Of a stretch of DNA of 37,450 nucleotides, positions 1 through 8,106 are shown one piece after another. Source of the stretch: an uncultured Methanosarcinales archaeon (GTDB lineage Archaea; Nanobdellota; Nanobdellia; Woesearchaeales; DATDXC01); NCBI GenBank assembly GCA_964510025.1, contig CAZDZV010000001.1, positions 127,949-165,398 of the forward strand, in the 5' to 3' direction. The position numbers were made by a program, and so were the translations under genes. Within the stretch, counting starts at the first letter, position 1; each line of letters begins with the position of its first letter. The notes under the pieces are model-generated. The model made no database searches and was not told the DNA's origin. It saw nothing but the letters and a program-made list of their open reading frames with translations.

Positions 1-245
1 GCATATCTTGGATCTTCTTTTATGTAGTCATACATCCTGTTGAAATCACATGTTTCTAACCGATATATCTTAACCATAATCCTATCCTGCCCTTTTTTTG
101 CAGAGAAAATATTGGCTTCTTTTCCGATGCTTATTGGACTTTCAAGGCCGTCGAAATGCCCTTCAGAGATAAGCTTGAATATGGTCCTGTTTGAGAAATT
201 GTCAAACACATTATGCATTGTCTTGAATTTCTCCTTTGTTGACAT
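1..245 (-). CDS. rio1: RIO1-family Ser/Thr protein kinase, N-terminal part (runs off the window start; absent from the ORF track)
   Basis: Manual translation from ATG at 245: MSTKEKFKTMHNVFDNFSNRTIFKLISEGHFDGLESPISIGKEANIFSAKKGQDRIMVKIYRLETCDFNRMYDYIKEDPRY. It contains the RIO1 motifs IS-x-GKEANIF, VKIYR and M-x2-YI-x2-DPR. A TATA box TTTATAAA lies at 268-275. Confidence 0.92.
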   Translation of the reverse strand, partial: MSTKEKFKTMHNVFDNFSNRTIFKLISEGHFDGLESPISIGKEANIFSAKKGQDRIMVKIYRLETCDFNRMYDYIKEDPRY

Positions 246-267
246 GCATCTGGATAAGCCAGATTAA

Positions 268-275
268 TTTATAAA
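268..275 (-). promoter_or_regulatory. Archaeal TATA box for rio1 (probably a leaderless transcript)
   Basis: TTTATAAA 23-30 nt upstream of the ATG at 245. Confidence 0.55.
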
Positions 276-319
276 GCTTGTTGATGTCTTTAGGACCACT
301 TTAAAATGGTTACAAAATC

Positions 320-333
320 GAAAGATTTAAATA
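320..333 (+). promoter_or_regulatory. BRE-TATA promoter (GAAAGATTTAAATA) with no adjacent protein gene
   Basis: The 13-mer AAAGATTTAAATA also occurs on the minus strand upstream of the gene starting at 4222. Here the next real CDS is about 200 nt away and has its own TATA-like element near 486-497. Confidence 0.55.
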
Positions 334-354
334 TTAGTTCTACTATACAATGGT

Positions 355-476
355 AACATAATCAGCTAAACACCTCTTTCCCCTCTGAATGCTCATTGCG
401 AGCATTCTCTGGGGTTTTAAGATCACCTCTTTTTCCTTGGCAAGGATTTCCTTCTGGAAATTCTTGCTAAGGTTTT
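355..476 (+). ncRNA. Candidate small RNA or structured leader: two CACCUCUUU + hairpin + UUUU units
   Basis: Hairpin 387-394/400-407 (8 bp, extended by CCCC/GGGG) and hairpin 435-451/456-472 (17 bp with two G-U pairs on the + strand). Each is preceded by CACCTCTTT (371, 424) and followed by TTTTA. The ends are estimates. Confidence 0.4.
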
Positions 477-531
477 ATAATAAAAAATATTATATAGTAA
501 TAAAGCTAAAATTGCCTAAAAAGAGGGCAAT

Positions 532-2196
532 ATGGAAAAATTAGGTAAGCTGAGGGAGACATCCATATTAACGGTCAGCTATTTTATCGCTGCTTTAATC
601 ATCTACTCTATATTTTCGAGTTCTATTGCTTATTCTGCAACTGAACCTGAGTGCCCTTACCCCACTTACCCCACTTTCCCCCCAATAAGAGTAAACTGGT
701 GGAGAGGCTTGCATATCTTCCCTTTATATTTCGACCTTTGGGCCAGCTCTGAGCTTCAAGATGTTGTAAGAGACCACATCCAAAGCAATTATGAGGGCGA
801 TCTTGTATCTCATTCAAGCGGACTATGGCTTATCGGCTGGGAAGATGCTACCAGAAACTATGTATACAAACATGATGTCGGACCGAACAACATCGATATA
901 GTAGCTGGATGGAGTTATGGGGGCAGAGCTAAATATAATTACAAATCACTTCTGGAAATAAAGAGACAAGTAGACAATAGGATGCAGAATGAATGTAAAG
1001 GCTTTACCTACAATTTTGTGCAGGGAATATTTATTGTGGACGGCAATAGCGTGAAGCCTGGCTGGGCAAGCCAAGGCATTCCAAGTACTGTACCTTTCTG
1101 GGTTAACATTATAACATCTGGAAGGGGTGAATGGTGGTCTGACTTTGCAGGAGACAGCAAGGAGATACAGATAGACCTAAAGGCGCTTGGCATTAATGTT
1201 GATGCCGGACATTGGGGAGTCAGCGATGAGAGAATCCAAGAGATCTTCAAGATATATATAGATGCACTCTATGAATATTCAACAGAAGAACCTGGAAACA
1301 GGCCTACCAAGCAGTCTGTGGAAGCTGAAATATTGTCCTATCTCCAGGGAGCCGGAGCTACTGGTGATGATGACAGCGACGACGATGGCTGGCCTGATAA
1401 GGTAGATCCAAATGAGATAGACACATGGGATATCTGCAAAAACACCCCTAACACTGCTTTAAGGGCGCCTTGCGGCTATAGGATAGAGCTTATGAGGGAT
1501 ATCAAATATAAATCATATCCAGGCAATGAAGATGCCCTATATCGAGAAGGAGGCGCTATCAGATATTTTGATATGACAAAAGAGCAGGGGACTGAAAGAT
1601 GCCCTTATAGCCATCCGTATTTTTTAGGCATATTTAATGAAAAAACCCAGAAACCACCAGACCATGATGGAGACAACATACCAGATGCGTGCGACAATTG
1701 CCTGTTCGTAGCAAATGAAGACCAGGAAGATGAAGATGATAATAAGATAGGCGATGCTTGTGAATGCAAACTCAACCAGCTTTGCGGAAAAAAAGAGGTT
1801 TTTGGGCTTATAACTGAAAAAATCGGAAGAGGAAAAGGAGTCTTTCATTATGATGCAGAGTTTGAAATATTTGATTCTGAAGGAGATAGAATCACCAAAC
1901 TAAAGACCAAAGACCGAAAAATAGAAATTGACAACGACGGATGCAAGTATGTATGGTATGTAGGGGGGAACAAGGAAGCTACAGTCAGCCTTGGCTACAA
2001 GATAAAAACAGATGATTGTGAAAAAGACGAGACTACAATCCTCACTATAGTTGTGGATAGAGGTGCTACAAATGACTTATATGTGAAATCCTATCCTTGC
2101 CATCTGCATACTGAAACATGGGGCAGCAAGGAGGATACGCTCTACACTGATGAAGATCAGATAAGCTATAAGCTAAATTGGGCTTGTGAAGCATGA
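532..2196 (+). CDS. Secreted protein: putative alpha/beta-hydrolase (lipase/esterase-like) domain, thrombospondin type 3 (TSP3) Ca-binding repeats, C-terminal beta domain
   Basis: N-terminal hydrophobic signal. G-W-S-Y-G nucleophile elbow after a beta strand (IDIVAGWSYGG, Ser128) and a candidate catalytic His227 (AGHWG). TSP3 repeats DHDGDNIPDACDNC and NEDQEDEDDNKIGDAC. Confidence 0.65.
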   Translation: MEKLGKLRETSILTVSYFIAALIIYSIFSSSIAYSATEPECPYPTYPTFPPIRVNWWRGLHIFPLYFDLWASSELQDVVRDHIQSNYEGDLVSHSSGLWLIGWEDATRNYVYKHDVGPNNIDIVAGWSYGGRAKYNYKSLLEIKRQVDNRMQNECKGFTYNFVQGIFIVDGNSVKPGWASQGIPSTVPFWVNIITSGRGEWWSDFAGDSKEIQIDLKALGINVDAGHWGVSDERIQEIFKIYIDALYEYSTEEPGNRPTKQSVEAEILSYLQGAGATGDDDSDDDGWPDKVDPNEIDTWDICKNTPNTALRAPCGYRIELMRDIKYKSYPGNEDALYREGGAIRYFDMTKEQGTERCPYSHPYFLGIFNEKTQKPPDHDGDNIPDACDNCLFVANEDQEDEDDNKIGDACECKLNQLCGKKEVFGLITEKIGRGKGVFHYDAEFEIFDSEGDRITKLKTKDRKIEIDNDGCKYVWYVGGNKEATVSLGYKIKTDDCEKDETTILTIVVDRGATNDLYVKSYPCHLHTETWGSKEDTLYTDEDQISYKLNWACEA

Positions 2197-3161
2197 AGAA
2201 AAAAATTATACTTGGGATGATCGTAGCATTAGCGTGTGTTGTAAGTGGCTATAGTGAAGTAAGCAGGAGCATAGTTGATTTTCGCGATATGTGGCTAAAC
2301 GTAAGCCTGGATATACAGTCAGATGTAAAAGAATTATACATAAAAGAAGCATTGCCTGAGGACCTATCTATAATTAATAGTGAAATTTCTGCGGAATATG
2401 ACGTATTTTCTTTCAATGAAAATGAAAACAGATGGGTAATATCAGACAGTGTGGACAATATAAATGCAAAGATACATTATCAGGCTTATATAGAAAATTC
2501 AGGAGATGAGATTTACGGAACATTCAGTGAAGATGGTGTGATCGAGCAAGATATCATCGGAGATGCCAGGGCCTGTACTGACCTGATTTGTATGCAAAAA
2601 CTTGTCTTGTCAAACTCTCCAATAAAGATCGTCTTCAATCCTGGCGGGCAAGGAATCCACAAATATGCATGGATTTTTAGAGAAAATTCTATATACAAAT
2701 CCAGGATCAGACTCTGCGAAAGCACAAGATGCAATGCAAGAATTGAGACTGAGCTTTCTTTACCAGTTGAATGGGCCAGGGGAAATTACAGCCTAAGGTT
2801 TTACGATTATGACGAAAGCGAATGGAAGTCATTTGACTTTCTCTTCCTTGTGGGAGAAGAAGACTTAGGTTCATATATTTTGATAGATCCCTTCCCAAAG
2901 ATCAATGGAGATAATCTCTTGTTTGACGTCTTTCCTGGAAAAGAAGGTATCAAAAATAAAATAGGCATATATGATGGGTCGGAAAATCTATTAGACCAGA
3001 TCGAGATGAGCTGTCCCACTGGGAAATGCCTGGATCATGCAAGACTCAGCTACACCCCTGCTGTTATTACAGGCACAGGAACATATTATGTTGGGTACTA
3101 TGATTACAGCGAGTCAGATATCAGCCAGAGAAATAAGAAAATGCCCTTCTATGTTGACTAA
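2193..3161 (+). CDS. Secreted protein: N-terminal beta-sandwich domain plus two tandem ~90-aa Cys-pair repeats
   Basis: Signal peptide MKKKIILGMIVALACVVSG. ATGA overlap with the upstream gene. The pattern PG-x2-GI...C-x4-C...G-x-Y...YDY-x-ES occurs twice. Confidence 0.75.
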   Translation: MKKKIILGMIVALACVVSGYSEVSRSIVDFRDMWLNVSLDIQSDVKELYIKEALPEDLSIINSEISAEYDVFSFNENENRWVISDSVDNINAKIHYQAYIENSGDEIYGTFSEDGVIEQDIIGDARACTDLICMQKLVLSNSPIKIVFNPGGQGIHKYAWIFRENSIYKSRIRLCESTRCNARIETELSLPVEWARGNYSLRFYDYDESEWKSFDFLFLVGEEDLGSYILIDPFPKINGDNLLFDVFPGKEGIKNKIGIYDGSENLLDQIEMSCPTGKCLDHARLSYTPAVITGTGTYYVGYYDYSESDISQRNKKMPFYVD

Positions 3162-4222
3162 TTTGGTGTTCTGTGCCATCCCAACCTAAAAGCCTGCCTA
3201 TGTGGGTGAATTTTACTGACCCTGGCTTCTTTAGGACGTCTGGTGGTTGGAACAGATGCTTGAGGAGCTGCCAGGTAGTCTATGGCAGCTTTTAGTATGC
3301 TCCTTCTAATGCCACTTGCATTTCTAAGTTCGGTTTCAAGAATTCCTGCTGAGCGGAGTCTTCTGCCGCCATAATCTCTATCCATAAGATATTTCCTTAC
3401 TCTTCCTGCGATCAGCTTAGGTTTTGGCTGAAGCAGATTCAGCAGATCAATATATATCTGGCCCCTGTTTATTTTAGGGGCTCCTGATGATTTGGTATCT
3501 GCCATACCTTGGTACAGACAAGATCCAAGATATTTTGAAATAAGCATATCAACTGCAGATGTTTCGAGCATGCTTCGATTTCCCTGATAACCTAAAATCA
3601 CCTGACTTACGATTGGTTTTGGCAGCTGCAAAATCCTCATGACTGCTGCATCTGAACAGTCGCCATGGAACTCAACTGCCCCTAGATAATTAGCAACAGC
3701 TGTCTCCAGATCATTAGGTTCGGATGATTGGGCTAGTGCCAAAAATGCATCATCGATATGTATATATCTATTTCCCGGGGTTGGGCTACTTCTGGCTATA
3801 TCAGCAATGGCCTGATAGTGCACCATGGCTTCAGATTCCCGGCCTGAGGCCTCTGCTTTTAAGGCAGAATAATAATGGCTTTTGATTTCTTGAACAACAT
3901 TTCCCGTACCAAAGGCAATATGCCTTGCATACTCATCTGGATCAGGAGGATTTCCCCTTCTTATCGCCTTAGCTGTCATCTCATCAAGCTCATTAGGATC
4001 AGATGTACCAAACCTTGCCTCTAGATAATCCATCCTGACCCTTTGGGTCTCTCCTTGAGTATTTTGGAAATGAACATACCCCTTTTCTCTTCCTGTAAAA
4101 GTCCAACCATGGGTTATAACCGGCGTATTTGACACAGCAGCAATTGGCGCAGTAGTGTGTTTAGCACAAGAACTAGCTAAAACAGCTGCCACAGAAAGTG
4201 CCAAAATAGGTCTATATGCCAT
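3158..4222 (-). CDS. Hypothetical protein, putative lipoprotein; mostly helical with a basic C-terminus
   Basis: 354-aa ORF with a GGAGG SD and BRE-TATA upstream. Signal peptide with lipobox-like LASSC. No recognisable domain. Confidence 0.7.
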   Translation of the reverse strand: MAYRPILALSVAAVLASSCAKHTTAPIAAVSNTPVITHGWTFTGREKGYVHFQNTQGETQRVRMDYLEARFGTSDPNELDEMTAKAIRRGNPPDPDEYARHIAFGTGNVVQEIKSHYYSALKAEASGRESEAMVHYQAIADIARSSPTPGNRYIHIDDAFLALAQSSEPNDLETAVANYLGAVEFHGDCSDAAVMRILQLPKPIVSQVILGYQGNRSMLETSAVDMLISKYLGSCLYQGMADTKSSGAPKINRGQIYIDLLNLLQPKPKLIAGRVRKYLMDRDYGGRRLRSAGILETELRNASGIRRSILKAAIDYLAAPQASVPTTRRPKEARVSKIHPHRQAFRLGWHRTPN

Positions 4223-4237
4223 GGTCCTCCCTGTAGG

Positions 4238-4269
4238 ATAGTGTTCACTATTTAGTATTTAAATCTTTT
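4238..4269 (-). promoter_or_regulatory. BRE-TATA promoter with a downstream 14-bp palindrome (possible operator)
   Basis: The minus strand reads AAAAGATTTAAATA. The inverted repeat ATAGTG-TT-CACTAT lies at 4238-4251, between the TATA box and the SD. Confidence 0.45.
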
Positions 4270-4306
4270 TATATTAACTACTTAAATATAGTAAAAAAAA
4301 ATAAAA

Positions 4307-4912
4307 TTAACACTGGTATTCCCACGAATCGAGGAGCTCTAGAATAAGCCAAAGATCTACAACATCATGGCCATTATATGGCTCTCCCCAGTGGTCTAAG
4401 AACTCTATTACATCCCACAGGTTTATTATATCATTACCATCAACATTAAAAGCTGCGCATGGATCCCAGGCCTGCCCGCCTCCGATTGATCCTTCTGCAT
4501 CAGCTTCCTTTAAGCCCCATTTTCCCATAAACTGCGCTGGATCTGGTGTTGCGCTTACCTGGTAGGTTATTGTTGAAGGGATAGGCTGGCTAATCTCAAG
4601 CTGCCCAAGAGTCTGTGGGGGTGTTTTTGCAAAAAGCCATGCTATAAGCTTATCATCGCTGAAAGTCGGTTCAGGATTTGCAGTAGGGGTATATGAAACA
4701 GAATCCGGCACCTTTTCTGCGATGATGACAATCTCGTTTTCTGATATCGATGGGTCATATTGGACTGTCAACGTAACCTGAGTTCCATCAACTGCCCGTT
4801 CAATTGACATCAGCTGTCCCGGGGGCAAGTCCAAGGTTGCTGCTTTGCCTGTTGTTTTGCAGCCTGCAAAAACAAGCAAGATAAAAATAACTGAGAAATA
4901 TATTCTTTTCAT
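4307..4912 (-). CDS. Surface lipoprotein with a beta-sandwich domain and a C-terminal dockerin/EF-hand-like module
   Basis: Lipobox VFAGC. The C-terminus NVDGNDIINLWDVIEFLDHW...HDVVDLWLILELLDSW resembles the duplicated Ca-loop/helix of dockerins. Confidence 0.7.
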   Translation of the reverse strand: MKRIYFSVIFILLVFAGCKTTGKAATLDLPPGQLMSIERAVDGTQVTLTVQYDPSISENEIVIIAEKVPDSVSYTPTANPEPTFSDDKLIAWLFAKTPPQTLGQLEISQPIPSTITYQVSATPDPAQFMGKWGLKEADAEGSIGGGQAWDPCAAFNVDGNDIINLWDVIEFLDHWGEPYNGHDVVDLWLILELLDSWEYQC

Positions 4913-4914
4913 CC

Positions 4915-7080
4915 TTATCCGCCCCCTACAGATGTTACTACTATATCATCCAGGGCTGTCCCTGTGACCAAGGCTTCTCCCTGATCAAGCTCATCCTGGA
5001 ATTCAAGATATCGTGAGATGGCTCTTGCAGCCTTTCTGGTGTCCAGTGCAGAAAAACCTGCAACCAGGATCTGCTTAGTGGTGCCGTTTTGATCAAAGAT
5101 AATCCTGCCTTCTCCATCTGTAAATCCCTCTGTGCATTCTGCATGGGCTGATCCGCCGGACCATGGCTTCCCCATAAAGTCTCCTGCTCTTCTGTTAGCA
5201 CAGGGGCCGCCTACAATTATAAGGTATTCATCTGCCCCTGCTTCTGTGTCTTTTATTGTATTGCGAATCCCTGTTATACCTGCAACCTCGATGGCACCGA
5301 TATTGTCAGATGTATCGGCATCTGCACCTATAGCAATTTTCATGTCTTTGTTAGAAACTGAAAGCGATTTCTGCTCATCTATCACCTCCTTTAGGGAAGA
5401 GCATCCGTTATCATTATTTCCATCACAATCTTCATCAAAACCAGGACCAAGTCCGTTGAAGCATATCTCCTCCTGTTCTCCTGGCGAAACACCTAGATAC
5501 TGACAGGTTCCATATGAACCAGGCTCCTCACAATACTGCAGGCCGTTGCATATACCTGCTCCGCATTCCTGCGGCTCGCTTACCCCTGGAACACATTCAC
5601 AGCCCTCATCTATGTTGTCATCGCAGTCATTATCCAGCTCGTCACAGCTGGTTTCCTGTTCTTCATAATTTTCGCTGTTAGCTGCATAGTCACAAAGCCA
5701 CCCTGATGCTCCCATACACGTTTCTGTTGTTCCGGAGCACACTCCAACCTGAGAACACTCACCTGGAGGAACTGCATCTATATCGACTATATCATCACAA
5801 TTATCATCCTTCCCGTTACATATCTCTGTTTTCCCGGGAAATACTTCGATATCTGCATCATCGCAGTCGCAGGGATCATCGCATCCTGTCACAGGATTTC
5901 CTGCTGCATCACAAGCGTCTACGCCGTCACTATCTGAATCCTCGCATGTGAGACATGCAGGGTTTCCTTCACAGTCTGCATCATCGCAGTCTACAAGGCT
6001 ATCACAGTCATCATCTACGCCATTATCGCAGATTTCGGCAGCACCTGGATTTGTGCTGGCATCATTATCATCACAGTCATCTCCTCCTAGACAGGCCTGA
6101 CTGCCGCATATGCTGCCGCAGGAGGCTGGATCTGTTTCCAAAGAATAAAAATCTCCGTCATTATCTGTGCAGCCTGCTTCTTGCACATCAATCGACGTAT
6201 CACCAAGAATTGGATCCTGATTTGGGGATTTCCCGTAAAGACCTGTAAATGTAGATATGCCTGATGTCATGGGTGTTATCTCGTATGTCAGGACTACATT
6301 TTCACGCGGACAGTAGGCAACATCACTAAAAGCCCAGTTTATCCTGGAATTGCCCTCCTCTATCATCAGCGGTTCGCATCCTGAAATTGTTTCTGTATTT
6401 AGTGTTCCAGCATAGTCCTCCTGTATACCGAAACTTGAAGGAGCCTGACTCGGATCCACAGCAACATCAAGAGTGACAGTAAATGGCTCACCAACTGTAG
6501 CTGTATCAGGAAGATCTCTTGTTACGACAAGTGCATCATCCGATACAATCACTCCATCTCTCACTAAAACATAGTCTGTAGAAAGCTCATCTGAATATGA
6601 CCCATAATTCATTATTATATTGTCTATAATCATATCTGTCTGATCTGAATTGGATCCTGCTATAACAAGATTTACATACCCATCCTGGTCCACTACAAGC
6701 TGGATAATTCCTTCATTCGGCTCCCGAGTCCAAGTACCGATAAGCTCGAATGTCTTAGAATTGATGTTTGAATTACCTATTACAATAAGGCTATTATCAT
6801 CTGGCGAGAGTTCTGAAGGATATTTCACCAGTGTTTCCTGCCCTGCTTCTCCTGCCAGAAATGCCGCAAGGTCAGATGCAGCTGCTACCTCTGCTGGATT
6901 GGCTGTTGATCCTGGGACTATCCTGTATCCCAGATAGCCAGAGTCTGAAGTTATGCCCTGGAGAGCGTTATAGATCGTAGGTTCCACCCCAGGCGGGAAA
7001 CTGTAGGCCTTGCCTGTCGGTTTACAGGCAGCAAAAAGGACCAGCAGCAATACTGATATAATAGCAATGTATCTTTTCAT
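4915..7080 (-). CDS. S-layer-domain surface lipoprotein with Asp/Cys-rich putative metal-binding (MopE/PF11617-like) repeats
   Basis: Start moved to 7080 (GGAGG SD; MKRYIAIISVLLLVLFAAC lipobox). S-layer-type motifs occur at both ends (AAASDLAAFL..LIVIGNSNIN..LVIAGS; DNIGAIEVA..LIIVGGPCAN..ILVAGFSALDTRKAA). Central repeats of the type DCDDxDxxxxPGxxEICNGxDDNCD. Confidence 0.8.
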   Translation of the reverse strand: MKRYIAIISVLLLVLFAACKPTGKAYSFPPGVEPTIYNALQGITSDSGYLGYRIVPGSTANPAEVAAASDLAAFLAGEAGQETLVKYPSELSPDDNSLIVIGNSNINSKTFELIGTWTREPNEGIIQLVVDQDGYVNLVIAGSNSDQTDMIIDNIIMNYGSYSDELSTDYVLVRDGVIVSDDALVVTRDLPDTATVGEPFTVTLDVAVDPSQAPSSFGIQEDYAGTLNTETISGCEPLMIEEGNSRINWAFSDVAYCPRENVVLTYEITPMTSGISTFTGLYGKSPNQDPILGDTSIDVQEAGCTDNDGDFYSLETDPASCGSICGSQACLGGDDCDDNDASTNPGAAEICDNGVDDDCDSLVDCDDADCEGNPACLTCEDSDSDGVDACDAAGNPVTGCDDPCDCDDADIEVFPGKTEICNGKDDNCDDIVDIDAVPPGECSQVGVCSGTTETCMGASGWLCDYAANSENYEEQETSCDELDNDCDDNIDEGCECVPGVSEPQECGAGICNGLQYCEEPGSYGTCQYLGVSPGEQEEICFNGLGPGFDEDCDGNNDNGCSSLKEVIDEQKSLSVSNKDMKIAIGADADTSDNIGAIEVAGITGIRNTIKDTEAGADEYLIIVGGPCANRRAGDFMGKPWSGGSAHAECTEGFTDGEGRIIFDQNGTTKQILVAGFSALDTRKAARAISRYLEFQDELDQGEALVTGTALDDIVVTSVGGG

Positions 7081-7140
7081 GATCATCCCTCCGAAATTCA
7101 TGTATACCTTCTTATTTTGGTCTTTTGTTTATTAATTTTT

Positions 7141-8025
7141 CTATAAAAAGCTCTGCTGTACTATAAGCCTATACAGATCAGAGTTTGTAAGCACCAAGGT
7201 CTCCACTATTGCGCCTATGACCAGCACAAGAAGAGAGAATATTATCAGCATCATGGTATTCACAAGAAGATACCTAAACCTGGTAGAAAAAAGCTGCTCC
7301 TTGACAAAAGCCCTTGAGATGGTGCCCCCTGCAGTTGCAGCACTCATATATGAAAATGCCTCTATTATCATATGAGCAAAAACTATGAGCATGATGAACA
7401 TGAAACAGTTTAATGGGGTTCTACAGACAGACCAACCTACAGCAGCACCCTTTAGTGCTGCATTTTTAGCTATAGTGCCGAATATTGTCCCCCACACAGA
7501 AGCATTCCAGGCTAAGAGGAATATAGCACCGTCCCCAAGTAAGAAGGCTGTAAGGAAGCATAAGATAAGCACTGAAAGATTATTGGAAAATATTCCCTTA
7601 AGCAAGGGCAGATTAAATGCCGCTGCCCCTGACCTGCCAGTAAGATTGTAAAGGACATCCAGCTGATTTTGGAAGATGTGGTTAGATGCCAAGGAAGGCA
7701 GCATGATTGCAAATATTGAAAATGCCAGAAGAATGCCGAGGAAGGCAGCTACATAGACCTTGATTATATACTGGTGATCCCTAAAGAAGACCAACAGATT
7801 AAACTCTTCCTTTTCAGCCTCTATCTCCTCTTCCTGTTTCATCAAAGAATTTATAGTAGGATAGAACATTATTGAGATGAAAGCAACGCATACCAGCGCA
7901 GGATCCTCGGGGAAGAGTATAACAGAAGCGCCTATGGCGATTATAGCATAGCCTAATCCTAATAAGAAAGCGTACAATGGATTTCTTTCAATAAGCTTCA
8001 GCGGATACAGGTACTCCAAAACCAT
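7141..8025 (-). CDS. SpoIIM/DUF95-family polytopic membrane protein
   Basis: Several transmembrane helices with the motifs IFSNNLSV, NASVWG, HMIIE and GAIVET typical of PF01944. The start is probably Met at 8025 (the ORF track gives 8037). Confidence 0.8.
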   Translation of the reverse strand: MVLEYLYPLKLIERNPLYAFLLGLGYAIIAIGASVILFPEDPALVCVAFISIMFYPTINSLMKQEEEIEAEKEEFNLLVFFRDHQYIIKVYVAAFLGILLAFSIFAIMLPSLASNHIFQNQLDVLYNLTGRSGAAAFNLPLLKGIFSNNLSVLILCFLTAFLLGDGAIFLLAWNASVWGTIFGTIAKNAALKGAAVGWSVCRTPLNCFMFIMLIVFAHMIIEAFSYMSAATAGGTISRAFVKEQLFSTRFRYLLVNTMMLIIFSLLVLVIGAIVETLVLTNSDLYRLIVQQSFL

Positions 8026-8039
8026 TATATGCACCATAG

Positions 8040-8100
8040 GGGCTTGAGTTTATATAATTTATTATTTTTAGACATATTTAAATATAAGCAATTTATAAAC
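8040..8100. promoter_or_regulatory. Divergent promoter region with two TATA boxes
   Basis: TTTATATA at about 8049-8056 and TTTAAATA at about 8077-8084, each about 25 nt from the divergent starts at 8025 and 8107. Confidence 0.55.
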
Positions 8101-8106
8101 AATATC

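Noticed and set aside
40..267. 75-aa plus-strand ORF in the track
   Set aside because: It is the antisense shadow of the rio1 kinase gene on the minus strand.
327..359. Minus-strand mini-ORF MLPLYSRTNI downstream of GAGGTG (the reverse of CACCTC at 371)
   Set aside because: Only 10 codons with long SD spacing, and the second CACCTC has no matching start. The G-U pairs favour a plus-strand RNA instead.
421..430. GATCACCTC as a remnant of a 16S rRNA gene 3' end
   Set aside because: The flanking sequence shows none of the conserved 16S helix 44/45 sequence.
8029..8106. Upstream extension of the amidase-fusion ORF (similar extensions at 7081-7101, 9089-9115 and 26029-26070)
   Set aside because: The extensions run through promoter DNA or overlap neighbouring genes. 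The downstream Met gives a proper signal peptide and SD/TATA spacing.
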